A stretch of 64,000 bases of DNA from Eledone cirrhosa (Eukaryota), in the NCBI GenBank assembly GCA_964016885.1, contig OZ024743.1:342240001-342304000 (forward strand). The letters run 5' to 3'. The notes beneath the pieces are model-generated. The model was not told the origin of the DNA, made no database searches, and saw only the letters and a program-made list of their open reading frames with translations. Below, piece after piece: positions 43,786 through 59,744 of the stretch. The first letter of the stretch is position 1. Each line of letters begins with the position of its first letter. The position numbers and the translations under genes are program-made.

Positions 43786-45457
43786 ACGCCAAATTAAAAT
43801 ATAGATTAAAATTTATACAAGAAGGGAGTCAAAAGATCAAAAGGTTGATTTTTTACTACTTTTGACAATATCAGCAACTTGAAAGGAAGGAGAAAGTCGA
43901 TTAAATCGACCCTAATGCGTTATCGATGATTTATTTTATCGACCCCGTTCGGATGAAAGGCAAGGATAATCTCGGTGGAATATGAACTCAGAACCTAAAG
44001 GGCCGTAACTATATGCCACAAAACAAGTTTTCCGACGCCATACCGATACTGCCAATTCGCCACTCTAGGGGGATTAAAAAACGAAAAGGTGGAACGAAGA
44101 TGGGAGGTGGCTAACTCTACACCCTCGGCTGGGCAGTATATCTCAATTAGCCCAGGCAGACAAGATAGTAAAACTTGCCTCAGAAAATAACCATAGACAG
44201 ACGTTGCATCAGCCACCTCACAGAGCTCCTTCATTAGGTTGGATGCACTACTCCCTATTGTACGGTGATCTCGACGGCGATCGACCCGAAAAAAGAAAGC
44301 GATCGAGGGAAAGCTCGGTATTTGGACATCGTCATCTTATCTGCAGTAGAGACGACTGTGACCAGATTTCTAGCCAAAGCGTGTATATATTTTCAATAAC
44401 TGGGTACTTCAGATGGCTGTTATACTTAGCAAGCTTAATAAGTTTGAGTGTAATGAATATATGTTTTTGGTAAGGTTGCGCTTTGACAGGATAAAAAAAA
44501 ACATAAAAACAATAAATTTGACATTGGAATGAACTTTCATATTTTGTAAATTCTAAGATCTTCGCTTTGAACGTTACTTCTTTTACAATTCAAAAATGTC
44601 AACCTCATTTGCTAAACTGAGAAAAACAATCAAAACTATTTGCGAAATGTTTATGCGTTTACATATACATATATGAGTTTTTATAGGTGTGTGTGAGAGA
44701 AGAGTGTTTGTTTGTGCGTATGTTTGTATATATATATATATACACACACATACATATATATATAGGGGGGGGGGGTGCATATTATATGTATAGCATATAT
44801 ATTTATTGTGAAAATCATAACCTTTTTCATTGCTTCTTTGTTCCTCATCTGTTTCAAGTTTTAAAATCTGTTTAATATGCTACACATTATATAGTGTAAT
44901 TCAACAGATGTTTTGCATAATTTGTAAAGTGAATAACATTATTGATCACCATCACTATAAGGAAGGGGTGGAGGAGGAGGATGATTAGGAAGAGGAGGTT
45001 GGGGATGAGGGGGGGGGGGTAGGTCGAGGGGAGGATGTGTATGTATATATATATATGTATGTTTGTGTATATATATGTATCTGTGTTTGTATATGTTTAT
45101 ATTATATTTATATATGTTTATATGTATGTGTTTACGTATATGTGTGTGTATGCAGCTGTATATATGCTTTCGTATATATGGGTTATTATGTGTGTATGGA
45201 TTTACATATGGGTTTTTTGCATGCGTGTGTTGATTTCTTATTACGTGCGTGCGCGCGCATGCATTTGTATATGTACGTACGTAGGTTATGAACCAATCCC
45301 TTTATTGTAGACATTTATGTGTATGTATGTGGATGTACGTGTAATATGGTTGTATGCATATTTTTATATATACGTGTGTATGCGTGTGGTTGTGAATGTG
45401 TATATGATTATTTTTTGCTCGCATGTGTATGTGTACGTATGTTTATTTTATATTTTA

Positions 45458-45509
<52 letters not shown>

Positions 45510-45815
45510 GCATATGTGTGTGTGTTATTATACGTGTGTAGGATTATCTATGTTTGTATATGTGTGTGTACTTGTGTATGTATGAGTATATTTTTATATT
45601 TATATATATATATATATATTTATGTATTTGTACATCTCTTGTATTTGTTTATTTTTAAGTTGCTTTTATCCCCACCCCCCACCTCCACCTCTCTCCACAC
45701 ACACATACTTATCGTTGTCAACAAGTCTTCTTTTTGTCTTTATTTTGTTTTTCAGTTTCATATTTCTTCAATTTTGTTTTCAAATCCATATTTAATAATA
45801 ACACCATTTTTTTTA

Positions 45816-45876
45816 TTCATCCTGACGACTGAAAACAGATACAATATCTGCTTTCAAGAAACCACTGGTAAATGAA
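45816..45876 (+). ncRNA. Type I HHR motif
   Basis: TTCATC-CTGACGA-C-TGAAAACAGATA(CAA)TATCTGCTTTCA-A-GAA-ACCACTGGT-A|AATGAA. Confidence 0.78.
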
Positions 45877-46171
45877 ATAATTATCTTATGTTGTTTATTA
45901 CACAACTAATAAGTTCTGTAGCCTACATAGAGCACTCTTTTTTCCTGTACCTTTCGGACGGAATTACTTCATTCATACATATATATAAATAAATATATAT
46001 ATATATAAATTCATATTCTACTTAGATATGTTGTCCCCTTTCTATTTAGAATATATATATATAAATATATATAAGAAGACGATCGACTTTCGTCAAATCG
46101 GACCGAGGGAACAATGTTTCCGTTGGTCTTTCCAATTGCTAATACTATCTATCGGTCGCAACTCCAGGTAG

Positions 46172-46291
46172 AAGGAGCAATGTGAAATAAAGTGTCTTGC
46201 TCAAGGACATAACGCATCGCCTGGTCCAGGAATCGAACTCACAACCTTATGATTGCGAATCCAATTCTCTAACCACTCAGCCACACGCCTT
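46172..46291 (-). mobile_element. tRNA-derived SINE head with CORE-like segment
   Basis: GTGGCTGAGTGGTTAG A-box, GAGTTCGATTCC B-box, TCCTTGAGCAAGACACTT. Confidence 0.75.
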
Positions 46292-46292
46292 C

Positions 46293-46352
<60 letters not shown>

Positions 46353-46361
46353 TTATATATT

Positions 46362-46424
<63 letters not shown>

Positions 46425-46471
46425 GCGTGTGTGTGTGTGTGAGAAAAACCACAGACCCTCCATCTCAACTC

Positions 46472-46511
46472 TACTTTTGAAAAGCAGAAGAGCTGCGAAA
46501 CCGGTAAAGGA
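46472..46511 (+). ncRNA. Minimal HHR with U3-A8 core
   Basis: CTT-TTGAAAA-GCAG(AAGAG)CTGC-GAA-ACCGGT-A|AAG..AATAAA. Confidence 0.72.
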
Positions 46512-46837
46512 ACCAAATAAATATATATATTCTTTTAAAAATAAGACTCCAGTTGCATTTTCGATTTCATCTTTTTTTCTTTATACTTTCATTCGTGTAG
46601 AACACCTCGGTTATTTTTCATTTTGTAAAAAATCCTCACTTTCTAATATATATATATATATATATATTCTAAGTAGAAAGGGGTACAAAACTGAAACTTC
46701 GAAGTCTTGTCACTTTTCTACTTCGAAATACATTTCTACACGTATTCGTTTGTGTGAGCGTATATGAGGCGTGTGAGTAAGGGCGTTTTGGGTAAGTGTA
46801 AGAGAAAGTGTGTGAGCTAGATAGAAAGAGAGTGCGA

Positions 46838-46893
<56 letters not shown>

Positions 46894-47016
46894 CGTGAGA
46901 GAATTTGCATATGTGGGATAATTTGTATATGTATGTATGTATGTATGAATGTATGTTTGTATGTATGTATGTGTGTATGTATGTTTGTATGAATGCATGT
47001 ATATGTGTGTGTTTGG

Positions 47017-48765
<1,749 letters not shown>

Positions 48766-48769
48766 ATAT

Positions 48770-51073
48770 ATGCCAGAAATAATAACAGAACACATTCATT
48801 GTTTGGTTGGTTTTCGCCTTCTGCATCTTTTATATCTCCATAGTTAATTCATTTGGCCATCAATCTTTATCGCTGACTGACCAACTGTAAAAATACAGAT
48901 ACAAATACATATATATAGTCTAACAAAGTTCTTTCGTTGCACATCTGCAACATCATCAGTGGTACTATTATGTTTCCTCCTGTTGTATTGTATGTCTACG
49001 CCATTATTATTTTATCTATTTATTTATTTATTTTTGTCTTCGTCTCTGCCCATCCTTTTGCGCGTGTGTATAGTGTTTGGTGTGTGTGTTCGTGTTTGGG
49101 TGACTGTGTTTTGGTTATTGTATTCTATCTTAGTTTATTATTGTGTATTTATATGTGTTTGTTGTTATTGTGCTTGTGTATATATTTATTTATTTATATT
49201 TCTCTTAAGTCAGTGTTGTTTGTTTGGGTGTTTTTGTTATTCTATTCAGTTTTTTTATATTTAGCTTTGGCTTTCTAAGCTCTATTTCGCTTACTTCTCT
49301 GATTTGCCTACCTGTTGGGGCATTTCTATGTTTAGATATTATTTTAATTTCTACGTTGTCTATGTTACAGTTGTGTTGTTGTCTGGTATGTTCTTATAGT
49401 ACTAAATCGTTTTTTTGTCCTTTTAATTCCTCCCAGTGTTGGTCTATTCTTTCTCTTATGTTTCGATCTGTCTCACCTATGTATGTTGTTGTCATGTTTC
49501 TGCAAGTACCCTATGTACATCTTATGCTATAGACTACATTTCTAGATTTACAATTTATCTGGGGTTTTACTTTACATATAACACATTTCTTATTAGTACA
49601 GTGGGTTTTCTTAAAAGGGTAGGTTTTGCTGATCAGGGATTTTATGGTAGTTTCTGGCTTTTCTACCACTTTAATCTTTAAGTGGGTCTTTCTTAGGGCC
49701 TTTCTACATTGGTTAGCTAATTTTCCTCCAGGGGTAGCATCTACGAACATGACATTCTGGTATCGCTGGTTGTGGTGCCTATCTAATGTTTAGTCCTATC
49801 TAACCTATTCCATGATTTGCTCCTGTATAATGGGCAAATTCTTTTCATATCCAGTTCTATGAGGGTCTTATACTTCTCCGTGGCTCCTTTGTATACTCTG
49901 ATTCTGTCTCTTTGGTTGGAGTCAGAGAACTGCATGCGGTTGATGAAGTCTTGGATGTGTATTTCCATTTCTGTTGGGTCGCAGATGCGGAGACGTTCTT
50001 CATCACTCGTACCAAGTCAGCGATCAGAGTATTAAACTTAGCACTACTGGACATTGCTAAGGTTTTGAGTATCATGTATTTGGAGGCCATGGGTTTAGCG
50101 TAGTATGAGTAGAGAATTCGGGGTCTCTCGTCTATAGTGTTAATCCAGAGTTCCGTCTCTAATACAGGTAGTCTATTGTTAGGGTGTTTGGAAGGGTAGT
50201 CAATAGTTACAGATATACTCTGGTGTATGGAGTTAGCTATCTGCTTGATCCTTTCCATTGTGCTATACCCTAAATCATGTTCGTTAGTACTCTCTTCTGG
50301 GGATGTCCTTATTACTATATTAATATCGTCTACGTAACGAGAGTACATGATGAGGTCTATGGAGCTCTCTCAAGGAGATCTTTGGCTCTCCTTTCCCACC
50401 ATACCATAAAAAGGTTGGCAACATCACCAGCTATGCTGACGCCAATGGCTGCTCCCTCATTTTGGGTGTAGATCTGTTCATTGAATTTGAATATATGGCC
50501 CTTTAGGGTAGTTTTAATACTAACCCCTATTTCATTCGCGACTATTTTCTTACCTGAACATTGTTTTTGGGTGTCCGTGGGCTTTGCTCCACCCAATCCA
50601 CCATCCCATGGGAGTCTTTTAAGCCATTGAGTTTATGGTGGGAGGTTTACCTCTTATGGGTCTACTGGGGCAGAAACGGTTAAGGCCATGTCTGTCTAGG
50701 AACTCGGTGTCATAAGTAAGTCTAAGTCGCGGAACTCCACCTCACCCTCACTGATTATTTCCACACATTTTTCCACAGCAAAATCAATGTTAATGGATGG
50801 GTACAGTGATACCACGTCCATACTGCCTCTTATTCAGTTAGATAGGTTTTTGCTTTTGTTGCACTCATTGATTCTGCTGAGGAGATCCGCTGTACTCTCA
50901 CATACATCTGGGGACATCTTAATAATATCTAAACATAGAAATGATCCAACTGGTAGGCAAATCAGAGTAGCAAGCGAAATAGACCTTAGAAAGCCAAAGC
51001 TAAACAGAAAAAATGAATGGAATAACAACATCCAAACAAACAATACTGACTTAAGTGAAATATAAGTAAATAA

Positions 51074-51122
<49 letters not shown>

Positions 51123-51598
51123 AGCACAATAACAACAAACACATATAAATACACACTAATAAACTAAGATAGAATACAATAACCAAAACACAGTCACCAA
51201 ACGCGAACACACACACCAAACACTATACACACACGCAACCGCATGCGCAGAGAAAATAGATATATAAATAGATAAAATAGAAATGGCGTAGATATACAAT
51301 ACAACCGGAGGAAACATAATAGTACACTGATGATGTTGCAGATGTGCAACGAAAGAACTTTCTTAGACTATATATATGTATTTATATCTGTATTGTTTAC
51401 CGTTGGTCAGTCAGTGATAAACAGTGATGGCCAAATGAATTAACTATGGAGATATAAAAGATGCAGAAGCCAAAACCAACCAAACAGGGAGTGTGTTCTG
51501 TTATTATTTCTGGCAATATTATTATAACAATATGACCCTCCCCAAGTATAACAATATTTCATATCAAAAACGTCGCAAAACAAATTCCTCGCCGTCAT
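48770..51598 (-). mobile_element. Naiad-like PLE: decayed RT/GIY-YIG on minus (about 49200-50920) plus inverted 3' end with tail (50920-51598)
   Basis: SMDVVSLYPSI, YTQNEGAAIG, YSRYVDDI, YYAKPMASK, DATPGGKLA, C-x4-C-x2-C knuckle, VVYSIRC, YIGET. Confidence 0.88.
48916..48967 (-). ncRNA. HHR in Naiad-like pLTR (copies at 51320-51370 plus, 63072-63123 minus)
   Basis: CA-CTGATGA-T-GTTGCA(GATG)TGCAAC-GAA-AGAACT-T|TG, distal TAGT/ACTA pairing. Confidence 0.78.
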
Positions 51599-51602
51599 TA
51601 TG

Positions 51603-52640
<1,038 letters not shown>

Positions 52641-52904
52641 TGTATATATGTATGTGTTGTATATATATATGTGGGCAACTGTACACCACGATTAGTAAAT
52701 ACTGTAAAATGATTAGTAAATACTGTAAAATGATAATCTGTAACAATCTAGTGAGGACCATACTGACAGAAAATACTGTCAAGTGCAATCGATGGCATAG
52801 CTCCAATGCTGGAAAAAGAATCTCTTAAGAGTACTTCGTTATCTGTATTGTAGTCATTTCAGTTTGGTTTGAAATGCAACTCATTTTCATTTGCTGAAAT
52901 ATTT

Positions 52905-53165
52905 CTACATATTACGAATCTCGACTCTACGCTTGTGAATCTCAGAAGCATAAAGCAAGGTTGAATAGAAATTATCTTTAAAAACCATGACTTTCATTTT
53001 GAAATAGAAACTGGGGTTAGCATAGATTCGGTGTAAAGAGTTTGGCACATATTTTGTGTGCATCCTTAAATCAAATAGACTACCGTTTTCACTTATTGGA
53101 CGTCGACATCTAGTGCCGTATATCCAGGACTTCACTGGATATATTTGTCTTGTCAACAAGCACAT
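52905..53165 (-). pseudogene. Possible old RTE-BovB-like fragment
   Basis: NGSLFDLR and KVMVF..STLLYASE resemble RTE motifs; weak. Confidence 0.35.
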
Positions 53166-53232
53166 GTATTAAAAATTGCTGATATGCTCCCATGTATAGA
53201 TATGTAAGATTTTGTGGTGGAGCAGAATCAGA

Positions 53233-53376
<144 letters not shown>

Positions 53377-54033
53377 TCTCTGTCTATGTATACATATAAC
53401 TTGACCTCGCCACACTTGGACAGGTTAGACACCTGTTTCAGTTTAGAAGTAGTTTCCCTACACACATCTGTCCCCACTTTCTCGGTCATCGACTTAAGAA
53501 TATCATCGCTTCTACCGACCTCATTTATTTTGGACTCACTGCTACTGACATCCATGAACTGCTCTCTATCGTCATGTGCAACACACTTTTCCAGTTTCAG
53601 GGCTCTATATGCAAACAAATCTCAGGGCTTCCGATGTGATCGAGGCTTTAAGAACAGTTGGAGTGCAGAGCACTCACAACCTGCCGCTCTTGATCATTCT
53701 TCTCCATATATAGAGATGATATCCTTATGCTCATTTCATCGTGTGAAGAAGGATCTACAAAATCTTTGAGAACATTAACGCACACATCAATTTTGAGGTT
53801 AAACTTCCAAACTCCCCTAGATTCCTCTCTCTACACAATTTTACACTAACAGACACAGAAGAGGAATCCATATACACCAATCTTTAGGGGAATAATATCT
53901 GCCGAGACATTTTTATGCACCATGACTCCACCTTTCCCGATATAGTTAAAATGGACTATATACGGAATAGTATCTCTCAGATACGCAAGAGATGCAGAGA
54001 GAGAGATAGAGTGAGAGAGAAAAAGAGAGAGAG

Positions 54034-54073
<40 letters not shown>

Positions 54074-54179
54074 CAAGGATGGAGTAGTAGTAGTAGTAGT
54101 AATAGACATAGCAGCACTGTGGAATTCCAAAGTTCTCACCGAAAACAACTACCCTACTTCTGTCACCAAATACCGAAAT

Positions 54180-54860
54180 ACAAAGGCTGCAACACGTAAA
54201 CGAAAAAAGGAGGACACGTACCCCCTTAGAATAGTATATGCTACCTAATGCTGCCACATTTGAATGAGAAGACGATAACTGCCATCAGACAAGCTATTCT
54301 CTAGGAAGGCGCACTTGGGACCCTCATTGAGGATACTGCTCCACAGACACCAGCCCACATGAAGCGATATATACACACCTCCTAATTGTCCCATCAACAA
54401 CGCAGAGGAGCGCATGAGAGCATATGTGATCTATAAGATCACGTGCAAAAAATGAAGCTTCCTCATACATCGGAAGTAGCATAAGGAGGATACGCATACG
54501 GATCAAGGAACATGTAACAATGAGAGCCGCTTCTGTTAAAAGCACCTTAACGGCTGCCGGAAACATGACATTGAGGTCACCATTGAGGCAACTGTAAGGA
54601 ATATAAGAAATTTAAGAATTAAGAAGCCACATTCATCAGCCGAATAAGACAGAGATAAATAATAGGTCCGAAATGCACAAGGCAGAATGGTTACTGTAGC
54701 GGCCACACGCAGGCGTATGCGTTTTGCAATCACATAGACCATTTAGAGAAAAATCTCTGAAAACTCCGATCAGGTTTGCATCTGAGGAGAGCATGACACG
54801 CTGAAATATCGTACTAAAATAGACTGGGTAAAAGACTAGTTTGTTTCGTTTTGTGTCATT
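54180..54860 (+). mobile_element. Decayed PLE GIY-YIG fragment followed by degenerate HHR (54775-54817)
   Basis: VIYKITCKK..YIGSSIRRIRIRIKEH; CTGAGGA-G-AGC(ATGACAC)GCT-GAA-ATAT-C. Confidence 0.7.
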
Positions 54861-56552
54861 TGTAATCATTTGCTCTTCATATTTTTCTCCTGCATAGTAC
54901 TGGCTTGAAAAATAATTAAGTATATTCTTTCATAACCCATAATTAGAGCTTAATATTAATTAGCGTCATTATCACAATAGCCTTTTTCTCGTGTGACAAA
55001 AAAAAATGCCAAAGTCTTAAATTGTCATTAATTCAATAAAATTGCTGTGTTATTCAAGTATAAAATAAAATATTGTTTAGAAGCGTGATGTTCCACTTTA
55101 AATAATTAATATGAAATTTACAGTCGGAAGTGGACATTGTGTTAATATGCAATGAGATAACGACTTCACTTAGAAATAGAGCTGTCAGAACAATCTATAA
55201 TGGTTGGGTTTCAGTAATAATGGAATAATTCTATAACATCTGTTCATTTAAAAATAACTTTTAGTTCTGTTAGTGCGTATGTGCATACCATTGTGTTCAC
55301 TGTATTAACCAGTATAGGAGGATATAATATCAGTTAGAACGTTTGAGCATATCATCAACTCTAAGACTTGATTTCGAATAATCTCTTGCTAACCTTATTT
55401 GTTGTAGTTATATTATGAATTTAATATAAAGCAGTAACGATTTTTCTATCTATCGTTATTATTTCTAAGTTTGAAACTGTTTCTCAATCAATTAACTACT
55501 GTTTAGTACCCAATCAGCCCTTACCAAGCAGTAATATGATCCTTTTGTGGAGGATTGACTATATAGAAATATATTATTCACATTTAGAACGGAAGACTGT
55601 GCTGTAGCTTAAGGGAGACTCGGTCGTCAGACTTTTTTAAAGATCTGAACCTTACATAATATATAATATCCCAGGAGCGTAGCTATATATTGTACGTGGT
55701 GTTTCATATTTTCAATGCAAAGAAGCCTTTAACATATCTAAAAACATACACATTTTACCTTATTTGAAGTTTTTCAATAAATGCTATAGAATTAACGAGC
55801 TACCTTCTCAAGCTTCCGTTGAAATAGGACTGAAATATGCAGAATAACTGATACACAAACTGATGAGATATACGAATAATGAAGAGATAATTTCAGAAGA
55901 CAGACGTTTTGGGTTAATATCATTTTACGTGAAAAAAGATTAGTTTTGATTGCAAAAACTTTGTAGAAACCTAATAATTTACCGGCTACTCATTTTTAAT
56001 CACAAAATCAGCCTCCAGGTTTGAGAGAAACTTTGTGAAAGAATTACATTTAACAAGTTAACGTTTATTTAGCTGGATGCAATAATATATTTAATGAAGT
56101 TCCTGAGTAAAGAATAACGTTGTTTGGCCAGTTTATGCGAATAACAACTGAAATTGAAGGGGGTGTACGATTTTCCAAACAGGTGCCAAGAAGAAATTGT
56201 AAATAGAGAGCTATGGAGGGAATCTTTATGTTGGGGCCTAACCTACTAGAAATATCAATGGAATTTACTTCAGATTACATCCTAACACCTGAGAAAAAAA
56301 ACACAGGAAAGATAGTTTAGACTGGAACACCATTGATCGTATCAACGTTGGCAACAGCTTAAAAATTATAAAAACAAACTTAACGAAAGCTTGTTTGAAA
56401 TGTCCTTATTCTCGTCATAATTACTGTACACACAACCACTGGATTCCACATAGTAGTATCTAATTGACATTTAGTCTTTACATAAACAAATAATAACATT
56501 ATTTCTGTTGGCAACATATATTCAATTCATATAAACATATTCTCGTCAACGG

Positions 56553-56742
56553 TCAACTAAGAGATGCCATAAAATTGCAGAAATATCACTATGAATTATC
56601 ATATAAAAAGCAATTAATGAGAAATATTAATTGCTTGTATATATATATATATATATACAAGCAATTAATATTTCTCATTAATTGCTTTTTATATGATAAT
56701 TCATAGTGATATTTCTGCAATTTTATGGCATCTCTTAGTTGA
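56553..56742. repeat. Perfect 190-bp palindrome centred on (TA)n
   Basis: TCAACTAAGAGATGCC..GCTTG(TA)nCAAGC..GGCATCTCTTAGTTGA. Confidence 0.92.
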
Positions 56743-57115
56743 AAGCCATGGTTAAATAGGTTACTTATTACATGTAGATAACCTATGTCAAATAGAAATG
56801 ACTTCAACAGAACTAGTGCATGTGGGTAAGCCGTCAGAGTGGATTGGCTGGTTTTAAGTATGTATATGTTGCTATGTACACTGACGAACAAAATCTCTTC
56901 AAATTCGAAATGCAAAAATCAAATGGGTATTATTTCACTTTCCATATGATGTTCCAGCTCAGTTGGAAGGCGTTGGAATTCGGTTTGACATCCTACCAAT
57001 CGGGGAACAGAACTGTCTGGTTAGTGTTGTCCTAGCGTCAAAATATATGGTTTATACATCGAAAAAACTATATATTTTCGCCTATCTCAAAGTCGAGCAG
57101 TAGGCAGAGGGAAAC

Positions 57116-57159
57116 ATTGTCCTGACGAGAACCAATTAAGTTCGAAATGCATAAACAAT
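57116..57159 (+). ncRNA. Minimal type I HHR motif
   Basis: ATTGTC-CTGACGA-GAAC(CAATTAA)GTTC-GAA-ATGCAT-A|AACAAT. Confidence 0.8.
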
Positions 57160-57282
57160 TATCCTCCTTGCTTTTGCTGGATTCTGCTAGACGGCGTTGG
57201 CTGTCAGCCTTCTATTCAGGTTTAAAGCTTTCAAAATGTTTATTTACTAAACAAACCGTATATCATTATATGTACGAAAATA

Positions 57283-57471
57283 GGCGGTGGATTGGCAGTA
57301 TCGGTAGAGGGTCGGACGCCATGCTTTGCAGCAAAGAGTTAGGTCCCTTTATGGTCTGAGTTCAAATCCCGCCGAGGTTAACTTTGCCTTTCATCCTTAC
57401 GGGGTCGATAAAATAAAGTACCAGTAATGTACTGAGTAATTGCTGGCCTTGTGCCAAATATAGAAACAATT
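57283..57471 (+). mobile_element. Full-length SINE family A with degenerate target-site duplication
   Basis: A and B boxes plus core; ATGTACGA on both flanks. Confidence 0.85.
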
Positions 57472-57546
57472 ACATGTACGACATTCACATACATGTATAC
57501 AGCTATGTCGAAGCGAAATTCTAATTATATATATACATACACACAC

Positions 57547-57634
<88 letters not shown>

Positions 57635-57936
57635 ATCTCTAGCTATCTTAGATATATACTCTGACGAAGCATTGCAGGATTTGGCATGCATACATGCACT
57701 TACGCAGCCACTGTAATTGGCAAATTGCAAATTATATTTGTCGGTGGAGTCTTCATTTTCAGAAACCCATGGGTCCCAGTTGCAGTATAAATGTATATTT
57801 TGTTATCACTCTGAGAGTAGTTATCTCGCTTATACATTCAAACTATATTTTATTGAGTGAGTAATTGTGAGCAACCGAGATAATAGAAAATATATTTTCT
57901 TTGGTCTTGATAACCAGACTATATATATATATATAA

Positions 57937-58443
57937 AAAATAGAGTAAAATAAAAAGTCAAATGTTTAAAATTTAGCTTCGTTTATTACTGCTATATATA
58001 TTTCGGTGACAGCCATCTTTGGCTGTGACCTCTTCAGGCAGTCCGAATTAGTGTGGTATAGACAAGTACATATGTTGTTGAAGTGTATAATTTTGTCAAT
58101 ACTCTGATATGCCCAGTTCCTGGTTGGGTTGTTATTCCAGTTCCTCAGTGAAATAACAACCCAACCAGGAACTGGGCATATCAGAGTATTGACAAAATTA
58201 TACACCTCAACAACATGTGTACTTGTCTATACCACACTAATTCGGACTGCCTGAAGAGGTCACAGCCAAAGATGGCTGTCACAGAAAAATATATAGCAGT
58301 AATAAACGAAGCTAAATTTTAAACATTTGACTTTTTATTTTACTTTATTTTACATTACTTCGGAGTAACCAAACCAACCTGCGCACCTCGTAGAGTACTC
58401 CAGCCTGCATACTGAGGTGTTGGTATACAACCAACATATACTC

Positions 58444-58447
<4 letters not shown>
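57937..58447. mobile_element. Fold-back insertion (palindrome 57937-58351, tail to 58447)
   Basis: About 200-bp arms, short loop; tail homologous to 19660-19739 (minus). Confidence 0.9.
57988..58042 (-). ncRNA. Canonical type I hammerhead ribozyme (mirror copy 58246-58300)
   Basis: ACTGC-CTGAAGA-GGTCACAGCCA(AAGA)TGGCTGTCACC-GAA-ATATATAT-A|GCAGT-AATAAA. Confidence 0.9.
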
Positions 58448-58506
<59 letters not shown>

Positions 58507-58512
<6 letters not shown>

Positions 58513-58989
58513 TATTTAACAAATAATGAATAAACAAAGAAACAATTCCTTATATTAAAAAATTCATCATTTTACGATCGTTTCTAGGATATACATGTGT
58601 TAGAGTTGGTATGCATATTCTATAGATCTATGTACAATATTTATACAAACTATCAGAGGGAATATACATACCTACACATATATATGCTGTCTTTAGAAAT
58701 AATCAGAAAGATAGTTTGTATAAATATTGTACATAGATCTATAGAATATGCATACCAACTCTAACACATGTATATCCTAGAAACGATCGTAAAATGATGA
58801 ATTTTTTTAATATAAGGGATTGTTTCTTTGTTTATTCATTATTTTTTTAATAATTTATCTTGACTCTGTTTTCCGTTTATTTTTCACCGAAAGTAGTTTT
58901 TGAATGCATTTTCTCTTTTCATGATATCCGGATTACATTGAGTTCTTCATACGGATTGGACACTACCGTAAACTTTTGGTAGATTTATC

Positions 58990-58992
<3 letters not shown>
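58507..58992. mobile_element. Fold-back insertion (arms 58507-58653 and 58710-58858; tail to about 58992) with HHR 3' half
   Basis: GAA-ACGATCGT-A|AAATG; (TA)n flanks. Confidence 0.85.
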
Positions 58993-59019
<27 letters not shown>

Positions 59020-59020
<1 letters not shown>

Positions 59021-59744
59021 TTCGTTTGTGAATTTGTTTAGCAAGATTATCTGAAAACGTGTGTTGAAACCGATATTGTTATACTTTGGGAGGGTCATGT
59101 TGCCAATAAGAAGCACACGCACCAGTTGCTTTCACTCCAATTTATTATAAATTAAATTTATAAATTTAAGAAATTTGTAAATTTCCTGTTGGTTGGTTGG
59201 TTCCACAACCGGACGGTTGTTCATATATTGTCAAAGTTCTTTCGAGACACATTCTGTGACCTCTTCAGTGACTAGGGATTATTTTCTTTGTTTTGTGCCT
59301 CTCCTTTGTTCTGTCCTACGCTATCTTGTTTTTGTGTGTGTTGTGTGCTTAGTTTTTCGCATGTGTTACATCCGAGTGTCTGTGTGTGTTTTTATTTGTT
59401 TATTTATTTGTTTATTTATTTGTTTATTTACATGTTACTAGTTGGTTGTTTGTTCTATGTGTGTGTGTTTTCATTTTGTTCTTAATTATAAGTTGTGATG
59501 TTGTTATTCCATTCATGTTTTCTATTTAATTTTGGTTGGAGTTCATTTTTGTTTATTGCCTCTGTGATTTGTCTAAACATTGCGTCTTTTCTGTGTGTAA
59601 ATTTTATTTTTATTTCTATGTTCTCTAATTTGCCCTTGTGTTCTATTTTAGCATGTTAGTAGAGTACTGATTATTCTTTTCTATCTTGAAGCTCTTGCCA
59701 GTGTTCATTTAATCGTTCTCCTATACTACGAGCTGTCTCACCTA
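59020..59744 (-). mobile_element. Naiad-like 3' fragment (same subfamily as 4015-4950) with HHR at 59230-59272
   Basis: Co-linear homology with 4015-4715. Confidence 0.8.

Noticed and set aside
46172-46291. tRNA gene
   Set aside because: A and B boxes run into SINE core sequence with no acceptor stem
49505-49520. In-frame stop in the Naiad-like endonuclease as possible selenocysteine
   Set aside because: It is TAG replacing GAG (Glu) seen in the copy at about 63538, not TGA at a Cys position
53400-53770. Possible host exon (149-aa and 185-aa ORFs)
   Set aside because: No recognisable domain, upstream stops, ORF length inflated by (CT)n
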